NCBI GenBank assembly: GCA_038496445.1
Contig: JALMLS010000141.1
Location: 1-63,162, forward strand
Direction: 5' to 3'
Length of the DNA stretch: 63,162 bases
Source: Trichosphaerium sp. ATCC 40318
Taxonomy: Eukaryota; Protista; Tubulinea
Below, piece after piece: positions 38,703 to 52,034 of this stretch. Positions within the stretch are counted from its first letter, which is position 1; every line of letters begins with the position of its first letter. The position numbers were made by a program, and so were the translations under genes. The notes beneath the pieces were generated by a model. The model was not told the DNA's origin and searched no databases. It saw nothing but the letters and a program-made list of their open reading frames with translations.

Positions 38703-41700
38703 ATGGGGCTATTTGGCTCAAAAAAGAAAAAATCGAAGCCTAACGTGCCACAAGCGAAACCAGAGGCTGATGAGGGTATTCGTGTTTACAAATATGTTGA
38801 TCCTACAGGTGCTAGTCCTGTGAGCAAACCAAACAATGCGAATTCAGGCCCAAGTGATCCAAACGCGTCTGCATCAGCTGGTGCGAGTACACTGGTAGCT
38901 GGGAATGAAAATCAAGGTGTTGGACAATCAGCTGGGGGAGTTGCACCTAAGGATTCCTTTGACGCATTCTCACTGCCATTTGCTCAACCTGACGTACGTC
39001 AATTCAGTTGAAGCTGCTAGCAGCACCAAAACTGGCTGGGAATAGCACAAAACACTTGAATTAAGCTATGCTAATGTTGCAAAGCAACTAGGAGTGTCTC
39101 CAAGACGTAGAGCTACTGCTCGCGATATACCTCCTGACACGGATCCTTACCTCCTTACACTAAACCTGGAGACCCTTGCTCACTCAATGCTGTCATTTAT
39201 TACACATCTTGTAGCTAATACAGCCCCTTGGGGTTCAGACGAGTTTTGCAACATCGTGGACCCAAGCATAAGGGTAAATTACCTACCTGAAAACTTTCCT
39301 TTTTTAACCAATACACTTTTAATTTACAAATACCTAGCGGCTAGAAAACGAGTTAGATTTAGCTAAAGACACGTTTAAATTCGGTTTATGGATTGAAGCA
39401 GTGGTGTCGATGAAAAACCAAGGTGTAAGTGACAAACAACGTTATTTTTATTTCTATTCGCGTGTTTGTGACGTGCTACGCGTTTACTAGTATTATTAGC
39501 TTTAACACGTATATTTTAGCATGCGTTTAGCCGTGTCGGTCGTACCATTTCACAATTGGACAGTATTAGAAAGTCTTGGGGTGTTTTGAAGCAAGCAAAG
39601 ACTAGTTTTACTCAAGTTGAGAAGAGAACTTTTATGGAGGCCTTGAAGTCATTTGTTGGAGAATCTTGGTCGTTTTATAATTCAATAGAGTCTTATACTA
39701 TGCAAAATATGGAGGATGAGATTGATCAGATTTCACACGTGCGTGCCATGCTCAAAAAAATACAAATAAAATTGAAAAAAAAAAAAACATGACTGACGTT
39801 TGAGTGTAGGCGATGAAAATTACACTTCAGAGTGCTACTGGAAGACTTCCTGACTCAGATTTTGATATTGTATCACGTAACTTTACAACAGAAAGCTTGA
39901 GGGTGCGTATTGGACGTTTCAGCTTGTGTTAGTGTAAGGAATCTGATGATTGTTTAGTTATCGCGTATTGCTACACTTCTTAGTTATGAAAAACGGGATG
40001 TGCATCTACAACGACAAATTAATGATTGCTGCTTCACTGTGATGAAAGCGACCAAAGTTCTCAGTATTGTTGGTCAAAAACTTGTTATGAATCCTGGAGA
40101 TGATCAATCCACAAAAAATATTGCAAATATCGCCAAGGTATGTCTTCTTCTTCCTCAAAGTCTTGTTTAATGTGACGTTTGCCACCCAAAATTATCACTT
40201 ATACTACAGTGGTTGCTTTATAAAGTAGTATTTTTTGTGCACAAAGATAGACGTGGAACAAAGTTTTTATGTTTAAATAGGGACTTGTACAACAGTTGAA
40301 CAAAGTTACAAATTTGTTGGAAACTGAGACTACACCAGATACATTTGTTATGACTCCAGTTATTGCTTTGGAGTTTTCCAAATTGTATAACTCTGCCATG
40401 AAGGAACTTGGTGATTCTATCAACCAATATATGCGTGCACCAACAGCTGATAGGTAAATAATTCTTATGATTCTGAGAGCCAGTACAACCGGCTTATCTA
40501 GCAATTTGTTTAACTTGTTGTTATGTAGACGTGTAGCGCGAAGAGCGCAGAATATATTGGCCCCTATGGAACCAGTAAAGAGTAAGTAGTGATTTTTTTT
40601 TTTGAAACAAGCTGGATTTGCCAATACCTTTTTGCTTGTCTAATTCTTGTGTTTTTTTAGATTCTGTAGCTCAACCAGAGCCGGCTGCTTTGCTTAAATC
40701 AGTTGCAAAGATTGTAACAAATGTGGAATATTTCTGTCACTATATTTACGAGATGATTCCTGAAGATTTGCATGAGACTATAGAGGTGCGTTAATTAGCG
40801 AAAAAAACCGCAGCTAAACGTTATGTGTACTCATGAGTATTATACTAGGATCATATACTTCAATGCCTTCAAGCTATAATACATTGTTGTATACAGTTCC
40901 AGCATTTGGGATTGATGAAAGCGCTTTACTATCACGTCTTGAGTGTAGAAATTTCACTCTTGAGGTAAGTTCTTTGGCATTGTATTATTTTTATTCGTTT
41001 TTCTGATGTGTACTCACTTTATACTTTAGCTCAGTGAGACTTCTCTTCTCTTCTGCTGCTGTATTACTTAATACTGCTATTGTATTGGAACCGAAGGCTA
41101 TAAATATGCCAGAACCATCTGAAGAATTGGTAAAACGATCACTCACTACTATATTACATCACCGCTTGAACATGCCTAAACTACCACAACCTGTTGTTCA
41201 ACCACAAGTGCCTGCGTATGTTCTAACTATATCGATTTATTTAAACTGATGCATTGTATTAGAGAACCTGAACAAGAGCCTGAAGGTATGGAGAAAAACT
41301 CCAAGGTTGATTTGTTGGCAAAAATTGGCGATGATGTTGATCAAAATTCTATGGACGATTACGATGTATCTTCACATAGACCAGCTCCACCAGCTCCTCA
41401 GTCGCAAAAAATGGCTACTGGTGGATCAGGAGGTTTCTATGATTATGTTGCAGACAACGAAGACATTGTAGAAGTTGATATTTCCGAGTCAGAATCAGGT
41501 TCGCTAAAACAAAAGACAATTTTCTCTGATTTGGTCACGCAAAACTATTTTCTACCAAACCATTTTCAAAAATCTTGCCTTTACAGATGGATACGGCCAT
41601 ACAACCATGAAAACTCCGTGTCTCTTTCCGAACCGCGAAGATAAGCATGGTATGGCCCTGCCAGTATGGTATGGCCCTGCCAGTACTTGGGTCCGTGAGG

Positions 41701-42213
41701 ACCAGGGAACGTAGGGTGCTGTATTCATTTTGCTTTTTTTTGGTGTACTTTGCTTTGCTAAGCCATTGTCTAACTCGAAGGCACCTTTGTAGTTGTTTTG
41801 TAGCTATGAATAGCGCTGAAACAAAGATAAATCGCATTGATGAAATCTTATTTTTTTTTTTTTGTTTCAACACGTGTTGTATTAATTTGAGCTATTTAGC
41901 AAAATGGGTTGATGCTCCAGAACCTATCTACCCAAAAACACCTAGACCAGAGCCAGTGATTGTTGAACAGTCCGAAGCTGAAGAAGATTCTGATACTTCT
42001 GGTTCTGAGGATGATATGACGTTCCCTGATGAGCCTGATAACCCTGTTTGGCAAAAGGGTACACAAGAAGAGTATAAAGCCTACATGATAAAGAGATACA
42101 AGCATGAACAATGGGAGAATGCTAAAATATTGTTTAAAATGAAACAAGATCAAGGTAATACAGATGCTTGCAAGAAGATATTAGAACGTCTTAGAAGTGA
42201 GTTGGGTAGTTAA
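38703..42213 (+). CDS. Hypothetical protein with myristoylation/polybasic N-terminus and helical-bundle (talin/vinculin-like) core
   Basis: MGLFGSKKKK start, many GT-AG-bounded exons with amphipathic helices, acidic/Pro-rich region near the C-terminus. Confidence 0.6.
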
Positions 42214-42653
42214 CTCGCTTTGTAAAAACAAAAAAAAGTGAAAAAAAATATGAGAATAATAAAGATTCTATTTCGATGTATAAATTTAACATAGAGAGTC
42301 CTTGCCATAAAGTCACGTATTGTTATTATTTTGGATTACTGATACTCTACCATATGGGAAGTCTATAAAGGAAAGGTATTGGTAGAAGAAGGAATAAACT
42401 TGGAAACAATAGTGACTTATCTATGTGTTAAGCAAACTTCACCGAAACGCTTGAACGCCAGTATACACAACAAAGATCTATTGCTAAGAGGGTAACAAAA
42501 ACTTACAATTATTGATGTCAAATCCACCTCAAGTCTTGTTTAGTTATTTCGGTGCCAGTACAGCGCCTGGTTGTTCACTTAATTCTAGATAAGTCGGGTA
42601 TTGTTCATATATCGTTTTGGAGAACTTAACTGTTGCTCAAACTGAATTAAACC

Positions 42654-44123
42654 ATGAACTTACCCTGTGTTTCAATTGAGCAGGCAATCACATACTACAA
42701 AAAGAACCACAAAGATGAATTCACTAAAATTATCTCAAAACACCCAAAAACATTCGTTAAACATCTTGAATGTATTTTGAACGCGTCAAACGCGAGCCTT
42801 GTACAAAAGCTCGACAAATATCTCTTAGAGAACACAAATGCAACTAAAAGCAGAACTACACCCCCCACGGTACACTCGATAGACGTGGAATGCGAAAACA
42901 ACTCAATACGCATTCTGAGGATGTGGTGTTGCCAAACCTTAAGCAAACAAGACAGTACGTTTACCAACTTTATTCAAGTTACTAAAGATGAACCATTAAG
43001 AGTACAGGCGACATTGCACAAGCCGCCAAATATACTTGATTTTCCTCCTGAAGTTATTTCAAGTATCTTACATCGTACAGGTGCGAAACCAAGATTTGCT
43101 GTTGCTCAAACGTGTCATTTGATGTCTGATATTATTCATGATGTTGTTGGGTACAAAAAGGTGTATCTTTATGATATACCAGATATTCTAAAAGTCATAC
43201 AGTACAATGGTGTCATGAACAACACTGAAATAGTTGTGAACGTTGAAAACAATACTCTGTATTCGTTACTATCTGGGTGCAACAATCTTGACACAAACTT
43301 CCTTAGAAGTTCAGTTGAGTTGTTCAAGAAAAGTAGTGTTATCAATGATTATGATCTCAAAGCACTTGCAGGTGTTCACTCAATATGCCTGACTCGTTGT
43401 AAGAACATTACTGATGAAGGTATTAAGGCGCTGAGTGGTATACACACCATTGACGTCTCTCATACTACAGTATCAGATAAAGGAATCAAAGCACTATCAG
43501 GAGTTCATACAATTGACCTTAAGAAGTGTAGAAATATAACAGACGAAGGTGTAAAAGCCTTAAAGGGAGTCCATACTATTAATCTATTAGGAACTTCAGT
43601 GACAGATGATTGTATCAAAGAACTAAAGGGAGTGTATAGCATTATCCTTTCGTTCACTGCGGTGACTGATGTAGGCATTAAAACACTGAACGGTGTTCAT
43701 ACTGTTTTTGTTGCTAGTACAGCAGTGACAGACAAAGGCATCAAATCACTAGCAGGTGTTAGAGTTATTCATCTTGGAAATACATTAGTAACAGATGAAG
43801 GCATCAAAGCACTAAAAGGTGTTCATACCATCGATCTTACTCAAACTGCAGTTACTGATGAAGGCATAAAAGCACTTGCAGGCGTTCATGCCATTAACCT
43901 TGCTGGAACTTCAGTTACTGACAAAGGTATACAAGCACTGGCAGGTGTTCATACTATTGGTGTCAGTGATTGCGCAAATCTTTCAAGCGAAGGCATTAAC
44001 ATGCTACCTGATCTTTACGCAGTTGAGATTTCTGGTGATAATTCATATGTATTTGAAGATGTGGAGGCTGAACAAGTTACGTACCATTGTTACTTTATTG
44101 AATGCTCATTAAACACTTGGTGA
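42654..44123 (+). CDS. Intronless F-box plus leucine-rich-repeat protein (copy 1)
   Basis: 489-aa single ORF; F-box-like NILDFPPEVISSIL...FAVAQTCHLM; about 11 tandem 21-22 aa repeats VTDEGIKALxGVHTIDL. Confidence 0.88.
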   Translation: MNLPCVSIEQAITYYKKNHKDEFTKIISKHPKTFVKHLECILNASNASLVQKLDKYLLENTNATKSRTTPPTVHSIDVECENNSIRILRMWCCQTLSKQDSTFTNFIQVTKDEPLRVQATLHKPPNILDFPPEVISSILHRTGAKPRFAVAQTCHLMSDIIHDVVGYKKVYLYDIPDILKVIQYNGVMNNTEIVVNVENNTLYSLLSGCNNLDTNFLRSSVELFKKSSVINDYDLKALAGVHSICLTRCKNITDEGIKALSGIHTIDVSHTTVSDKGIKALSGVHTIDLKKCRNITDEGVKALKGVHTINLLGTSVTDDCIKELKGVYSIILSFTAVTDVGIKTLNGVHTVFVASTAVTDKGIKSLAGVRVIHLGNTLVTDEGIKALKGVHTIDLTQTAVTDEGIKALAGVHAINLAGTSVTDKGIQALAGVHTIGVSDCANLSSEGINMLPDLYAVEISGDNSYVFEDVEAEQVTYHCYFIECSLNTW

Positions 44124-44187
44124 GAGTGTCATATACTCTTTTTATTGTTATAATATAATATAATATAAGGGTTGTATTTTTCAATAG

Positions 44188-45286
44188 CTATTGCTTTTGT
44201 ATTTGGTTTTCATTTGGAATGTTGTTCTCAATATAGATGGTAGTACGCTCAGTACTACTGTAACGGTAATGCTTGAACATGGTACCATCTCTGTGCCATT
44301 GCACGTCATCTCCTTTTTTCTTTCCTTCTTTGAAATACGTGTATGATTTCAAGTTACCGTTTCTGAACCATTTCTGACATTTGCCAACAAGCTTGCCGCC
44401 CTTATAAAAGCTTGAAAGCTCATTCGACCATCTTTATACCATTTGGTACATTTTCCCTTTTGTACGCCATCCGTGTATTTTGCTTGAAAACTCAGTTGAC
44501 CGTTGCTATACCATTTCTTAGACTCTCCGTCAAGTACACCATTGCTATAGCAAGAAGCCTCTTTTAAGACTCCATTTTTATGGTAGACTTTGCGCTTGTT
44601 AGATTCAATGCCATTGAAGTACCAACTGCGGACATGGAGGTTACCATTGTCATGCCATTGGTTTCTCTCTCCCATAGGCCAACCATTAACGCTATAACCA
44701 TGTTCTGCCCTTTGGCCATTGTCATGCCATATCATGTACTCAATTCTTTGTCCATCCTCACTATCTGTGATTACATTATGTATCCAATTTTGACCGTTTT
44801 TGTGAAATGCAATACTCTCAATAATTCTACCATTTGTTCCACGTCCCTCTCCTTAACACTACCACTTTCATAGTACATGTCGTACGTCCCATCAAATACA
44901 CCACTGGTATACCAAGCTTGCTTTTCAAGCTTCTGATTGTCATGGAACCATTGGCATAGCCCCTCTCGCATATCGTTTTGATAGCTAGATAGTTCCTTCA
45001 ATCTAAGACTGCTGTCGTACTTTCCCCATTTACCCTTTTTTTCTATTCTGTGGTTGTATCTAGTACTTATTGCCGTTGATCTATTAAGCACTGGCCACTT
45101 GTGATAGAGCTCAGCAGAGTGTTTATCATGATTGATTATTTTGCCAAGTACTTCCAACGGCAACTGAAGCAAACGGGTCGGAGGCCTAGTTGATTGAGTA
45201 TCAGAGCGCTTTGTCTGTTGTGTTTTGTTAGATTCGATTGATTTGTATATTTTTTGAAGCTGTACCTTTTTATTGTGAGGATCCAT
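44188..45286 (-). pseudogene. Intronless F-box plus MORN-variant (MORN_2/YwqK-like) repeat gene with two frameshifts (copy 1)
   Basis: F-box-like LLQLPLEVLGKII; repeats WFHDNQKLEKQAWYTSGVFDG, WYSNGQLSFQAKYTDGVQKG; frame changes near 44845 and 44405 restore continuous repeats to a stop at 44188. Confidence 0.78.
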
Positions 45287-46184
45287 AACTATGTGGTAGT
45301 GTTATCTACTCTGTCAAGTGCTGTTCTTGTTGCCTGTGTTGTAGTAGATGAAAAATAAAGTGAACTGAGTTCAAGCCAGTTCTTTACACTGAAAAAGCCT
45401 CGGAGTATTACAAACTTTTGTAGTAACTAATCGATCAGATGATGAATAGGGCTCACGATTTAAGAGAATCAAGTCAGTCATAGGGCTTCTTTGTTGTGAG
45501 AATATATGCGATAAAGTGATACTCTTTAGCCCAGGATGTATTCTTAAAAAGGTAATTCTTGTTGTATGCTGGCTTTTACAGGTTTATGCGACGGTTTTAC
45601 ATTTCAATCAAAAACAGAATTGCGTTCCTGTGCACTACCTAAAACGTTTGAAATGTTGTGAGGTTCCACCTCACTCGTAGCAAATATATTGAGTTGCTGA
45701 GTTTATTAGCTGCCGGCTTATTGCTTCTCCAGCCGTCATATTGGCTTGCACTTGCTCTAAACGCTATTGTAATGTCACACGCTTGTTAATGCGCAAGCAT
45801 GAAAAATGAAAGGAAAAACATGCTTTATGATTAGAACAAGCTGGCTTTGCACTTTCTTGTGCTGTGCCATAGATAGTGTGTTTACCTTGATTTATTAAAT
45901 CTACAAATGGCAACAATTTCTTAATTTGCTTAAAAAGGCAGTTGGTTTTGTAAGGTAGAACGTGGCGCCAACCAACAATGTAGATGGCGGTAATAAGTTG
46001 ATAGAGTGATAGCATTAAGTATTAACTACCAAGAAACTTCAGCAGATGAAGGTATCAAAAGTCGTCATCAAGAGCAAGAAACATTTTCAGAAAATTCAGC
46101 GTTTTTGGATAAGTAAGGAATTTTTTTTATTTTTTGTCTTGTACTGTATTAAACGCGAATTGTATGGTGATTTATGAGTAACGT

Positions 46185-48148
46185 TTACTTCTTTGTTCGT
46201 ATCAAGCGTCGACCTTTGTAAAAAGAAATAAGAGAAAAGAGATAAACATCCGTTTTACAAAGAAAGCAATACGTACCACCTCTGGCTCTACGGTTTGGTC
46301 CTTTTGGTTTGGCAAAATTCTTCTTTTTTTCACGGAGTGGTGGATGTATCAACTCGTTGATAGACTCTTCGCTCACTTCATCAGCGCGGTTGACTTCCAA
46401 CTAAGAAATAAATGAAAAGGCATTCACTAGCGAGAAAATAAAGAAAAGTCAAACAAAAAACTAGTTATGGAAGCGGACATTACTGTGAATCCACCAAAAT
46501 AAAGAAAAACGAGTTGGGTACCTTTCCAGCAATGACAAGACCAGATTCTTTTGCAATACCTTCACAGTTTGATTTACTGGAAGAATACAACATTCTCAAT
46601 CTTACAGGAGCAGCTTTGGTTCCTCCAGAACCATCAGGGCATGAGTAGATGAATACTAAGCATATTAGAAACAAAAAAAAAAGAATATTGAAAACAAATA
46701 GAGTTTGCATTGTTACTGGTTCTCTATCGTACCACAAGAAGTCAAAGCATCGCCATTGTATGTATGATCCCAGTTGAACAAATGGAAGAGTGGTTCTGTT
46801 CCAGAAACTTTTCCAGCTATATCGCCAATGCCAATACTACAGCTGTCGCCCAAAACTAATTTTTCACCTTCAGCATCAATTTTCTAAAAACGCACATGTC
46901 AACGTTAAAAATCGTAACATGGTCCACAGGTTAAATGGTATTAAAGAAAATCAACTTACAATCTGAACGTAAGTTACTGAATGAGCCTTCAACTTGTTTA
47001 AGGCATCATGGACTGCCTGAGCAACGAGTTAACAAAATATATAAAAAAAACCATTGCTTAAATGCTCTTGTGCTTACTTGGTCTACAGGGAATGCAATAC
47101 CATGAACATAAGTGCTAGCACCTCCAACATAGATACCACCTTCTTCCTAAATTATTTTCAGTTCCACACCATAGAGATTAATCGCTCAATAAGAAAAAGA
47201 ACAAAAAAGAAAAAAAGTAATAACTTCTTTTCGCTTTCTGGACTATTTGTTACCTCTTCTTCTTTCATCATTTCTTCTTCAGTGAGTGGTACATCTGCGA
47301 GTTGCATTTTCATCCATTTTGCGTATCCATCAGCGGTGAAATCGTCCTTTGAAAAAAAGTCATTCAATAATTCCAATGTGTACGTTGTAAGAGGTTTTTT
47401 TGTTGGACTTTTCGCGTTACCTTGACAGTGCCAAAGATTTCGTATTTGAAGTTTCCAGCGCCTAGTTGACGCTTCAAATTTGCGCGAGTGGAGGCGTAAA
47501 TCATCTTTTGACGAACCTACAGCGGTACGTTACGCACAGACAAATTAAAAAAAAGAGCGTATTGGTGACCGCAGTAAAAGCGTCAAACACCACGTAAATA
47601 CGTTTACCGCCCTACATATACTACGCAAAAATTATTTAGAGCTAAATTACGTACTCTGGCTCTATCTGGTACATAGACAAAGAATATAAAGTGTGGTTTT
47701 CCGTTAGGACTAGGCTCATCGAGGCGGTACAGGAAATAGCTCGCTTGTCTTTCTTCAAGCAATTCTGTGATGTACTGCAAGTGTTTGAGTGTTAAGGCTG
47801 AATACCATCAACAACAGTAACGCTGCTGGTAATAGTAGAAGTGAAATTAATGGTTTAGAACACTAAAAAAAGGATATCATCATCAAACGACCCAACGATG
47901 TCTTTTTTGCTTATGACTACCAATTCTGCGGCTATTGGAGCGATTACAATTTAACGGAGGAGTCAATTAGCGAAAATTCAAAACACCGTACATTCTTCAG
48001 ACTCAGTGATTTGAACTTGAAAGAAGCGAGTAGAATCGCCTTGCAGGGCGGCACCAAAGGCGTCAGAAAGTGATTTTGAGACTGGGCTTCAATGTTACAT
48101 TCAAGTCCGTATTGTATGCGTACCGTTAATTCCGCTGGAGTGACTCAT
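46185..48148 (-). CDS. TWF: Twinfilin (two ADF-H domains), copy 1
   Basis: [49 protein letters not shown]...[13 protein letters not shown], tail FAKPKGP..RGGRRLIR. Confidence 0.93.
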
Positions 48149-48377
48149 TGTTACACAGGTCTATAGCGGTTTTAGTAAGTCAGAGATTTTGGTGGCTAAG
48201 TCGTCAACCGAAACAATTTTGCGTAGGTTTTAGCATAATAATAGCGTACAGGGTTAAGCCTCGCTAATTACCAGCTGATTCATACTTTTAGGCGCGAATT
48301 CAACTGTCACTGATTTGCGCGCCACTCTATTTCAGCTGCATCAACGCGTATTAAGGCTTTGTTGTGACATTGCCAAC

Positions 48378-51300
48378 ATGTCTAAAAAATCGAATGTAAA
48401 TCACGCCTATGGCATAGAAACCAACCTCACACCGCATAAAGTCGCAGTGCTAGTACTTGTCGATTGTTACATCCAAGTTGAAACACTTGAGCTTCAATCG
48501 AAGCAAGGATTGGCTCTGTTCCTTCTAAACACTATCAAAGTGCGTCACGCTACATTAATTATGCGTTATCACTAGATGTTTATGTGTTGCAGGATAAAGG
48601 AAGCTACTTCGAGCCTACCTACAATGAGTTACTCAAGATGCTAGTAGAGTTGAGCCATGAGGATGATGACATTGCAGACTATCTTTCCAAAGAGGTCAGT
48701 ACTCTGGCGTTACCATTGCTTCTATGTTTGCGAGCGTTGTTTGAACAAAATACTAACAAGAGGTAGATAGAAGCGATGGAATCTCCAGATCATCTTTTTG
48801 ACTTTTTCAGAGAGATGAAGGAACTAGTAACCGAAGATGAAAACGTGCAGCATGCGCTCGTACGTAATGGCTTTAACTACAAGCAGAAAAGAATGGCGTT
48901 TCTCAGCCACGTTTTCTCTAATCGAAGCTTTTTTTAAAACTTGAGTCATATTTATTTGCGTAGGCACGTGATAGTCCGTTTGGATTATTTGTAAGGCGCA
49001 TGACCGCTGCATACTCTTGTGCTTCTTTTGATAGACTCATGAGACTTTGGGAAGACATGGAACAGTATAAGGATGTAAGTAATGGTAGCTTTAAAGGAGA
49101 AGTGTCATATCACAATGTTGACAGCTACCTCGATGCACAAACAGAAAAGCTTTGTAGTACGTACTATATTTTTTGGGTTGTCTATGATGCATACTGACAG
49201 TATCCATTAAACTCGTAAACGTTGTTTGTTCTGTTCTGTGTTCTCCTTAATTAGCATATCTTGTTATTTTTAAGATTTACAGCATCGGTTTGTGTTGTAT
49301 ATTTACGTGTACTAATGTGTATCTTAGATGCTTTTGGTAAAGTTGAAAAAGAAGAACTTGATGATGAGATTGAAAAAATAAAAGAGAATGTATCAAATTC
49401 TGCTGGTGTTCATTATTTAAGGTAATATTTTATTAAGTTTTTTTAGTCTTGGTCTTCGCTCTTTACTCTTTTCTTCTTTTGACTCTAACTGTTTATTTTC
49501 AGCTATTTGAAATGTATTAATCATGGTGAATATCAAGACGCCTTGGATAATTTACATCGATATTTTGACTATGCTCTAAAAGTAATGCTGAAAAAAGACA
49601 AGTGTTACATTTCTCATTTTTTTCTTACAATAGATTCGAAGTGAATCAACCGCACTTTATGCATCCATAGAGGAACAGGAAGACAAAAATGGTGCGTAAT
49701 ATTTAAATAGCTTGAGACTTATAAATTATCAAAAGCGCCTCCTCATCCTGGGCCTCCTAGCTTGCTACCTTATGCAACATTGAATCTTGCTGCATTGTAC
49801 TATAAATTTTCTCATTTTGAACTTTCTCGACGTGTATGTACCTCTAAATACCGTGTCAATTGTTTAATGAAATATAGCTTGTGCACGAAACTGTACGCAT
49901 TGCTCAAGAACGTAATGATGAAGTGTGCTTAACACAAGCATTGGATTGGTTACGAAAACTTGCACATAAAGGTAAGACATAACCTTCTTTGAAATAGAGC
50001 TTATTCTGTATCTGTTCAGATGGCGACATTCATTTGGAAGAAGTATTATTGAGACAGTGTATGCACAAAGCAAAACAGCATGGACTAGAGTAAGCTAAAG
50101 CATTGAGTTTAACAATGTTTGTTCTAACATTAAACTTACAGTGATCTGGTTGCACAGAACACAATAGCACTGGCAGAGCATCATTTAACACATCCGCGAT
50201 ATGCCAACAATGTTGGACCCTTAGAGAATCCGCGTACTGTAAGTTTTGAGAAGTAATATGTCTGTTACTACCAATTTATTTCATCTTTTGTGGTTGTTGA
50301 AAAACGTTACTTACTTTTGTTTAGGAAGAGTCTATGACGCTAAGATTTTGGCAATTGGGATTGCAAGGAAACAAGGTTGCATTCAATATTAAAGAAGGAA
50401 GCAGTATATTGGCCACAGCAAATATTTTGAGAGCACAAGGTAACCAGTTTTTTTTCTCATTGAAAAAAGTTTGACTTTATGTTAGCTTGGCAATTTTATG
50501 GTAACCGTGATATGGCCTTTACGTATGCTGAATTACAGATAAAAATGGCTCAATCAAAAGATCGTGTTGCAGCAGCAACAGCAGCCATATTTTTGGCTCA
50601 GGAGGTAAAGAAGAAATGCCGTGTTTACATTTTCGGTTTTTACATTTGTTTTATTAACTTTCAATTTAAAAGCATGCAACTATGGGTATGTATGGTGAGG
50701 CTATATCAATATTAGTACAAGTTAAGAAAGGTTACTGGGTACCAAAAACAAACGACACTTGGGAGCAATCAACGTGTCAGGTTTTGCTTCAGTTCTACCT
50801 TTATCAGTACGCAAAAAAATACCAACATTTTTTAACCCAATCTATTTTTAGAGGCGATTTCTTACGTGCTAGACATATTTCAGAGCAGCTTTTGATTATG
50901 ACACCTAAGGATGGAGATAACCTCGCTGCTTATGTTAATGCAGAACATTGGTATATTACTACTTTGATACATTGTGGAAAGCGATCAGAAGTAAGCCTTT
51001 GCACTGACTTGTATTTTTTTTATTTTCTAACAATTTTCGTAGGCTTTCAAACGTGGTACTGATTTAATATCCTTGTGTAAAGAAAGAGGTCTAGAGATAC
51101 ATTCTATTGGATGTACAGTGACACTGGCTCAAATTCTTGTACGAATCTTTTTATTTCTTTTTTACCAATCTTATAATTTTCTTAAAATTGACATATTCTC
51201 TTCTAGCTTGAAGATAATGCACCAAATGCGCTTTCATATATTCTAGACTGTATTGCTATGTGTCAGACATATAAATTAACTTCTTTGGAGGCCGTAGCAA

Positions 51301-51925
51301 AGGTACAAACAAATTTCCTGATTGTTCTTTTTAACTAGTATAGGTTGCTCTTGCTGATTTTCAACTACGTCAATTTGGAGATCATGTAAAGGCTAGAGCA
51401 CTTGTTGAAGAAGTGTTGCCTACTATTTTACATTTTTGCACTCTCAGTGAGCGTGCTCAAGCGCTTTTTGTGTTAGCAATATGCGCATTAACTGCTTATC
51501 AAGACAGTAAAGGTGCGTTGCATATTTGTTCATATTTCCTTCGAATTTATCATGCTTATCTTCTTTTAGATGACTCTCGGATAGCTGAAGCTCTATCTCA
51601 TCTGGATAAATCTACAGAAAGTTATACAAAACTACTATGGATGGACAAGGTTATTGAAATTCATAGCCTCAAAGCAAAAATTTTGGATCTGAAGGGACAG
51701 ACTTCTCAAAGAGATGCATGCGCTTCAAAGTGTAAGCGTCTGATCTTAGTAAAGCAAGAGAGAATACAAAGGACGCATCTGGGTATAGATAACATAGATA
51801 TAAATCTTCTATCAAATGCGTTACAGGATGTCAAATCAAAAGCTGCTCTAAGTAATACTCAAAAAAATCTACACTCTAAAAATAGATTCGGTGCACTAAT
51901 CTTGCATTTTTTTGCGTACTGTTAA
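48378..51925 (+). CDS. ANAPC5: Anaphase-promoting complex subunit 5 (full-length copy), multi-exon
   Basis: LTPHKVAVLVLV, SPFGLFVRRM...SFD, HYLSYLKCINHGEYQDALDNLHRYFDY, YATLNLAAL, ETVRIAQERNDEVCL. Confidence 0.88.
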
Positions 51926-52034
51926 AGGTATAACTATGAAAATCTGTCGTTATTCTACCGTTTCATTTTTTCGGGACCCATAACCTTCTTAAACTGCACA
52001 ATTTTGATATAGCCTCAAGATACAACCCATCGTT

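Larger units (their letters stand above)
39806..49250 (+). repeat. Left arm of a large inverted duplication (at least 9.4 kb)
   Basis: Reverse complement of 53734-63162; ORF track shows identical proteins mirrored; last window bases match GTAGGCGATG at 39806. Confidence 0.97.

Noticed and set aside
40199-40624. 141-aa antisense ORF (and its mirror 62348-62773) and similar antisense ORFs over real genes
   Set aside because: Shadow ORFs opposite well-supported spliced exons
44349-44735. Bacterial YwqK antitoxin of a toxin-antitoxin pair
   Set aside because: Similarity is only through generic MORN-variant repeats; it is fused to an F-box and there is no adjacent toxin
45657-45674. Hairpin GTGAGGT-TCC-ACCTCAC near the F-box island edge as an element terminus
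   Set aside because: Only a 7-bp stem with no matching structure at the other end of the island
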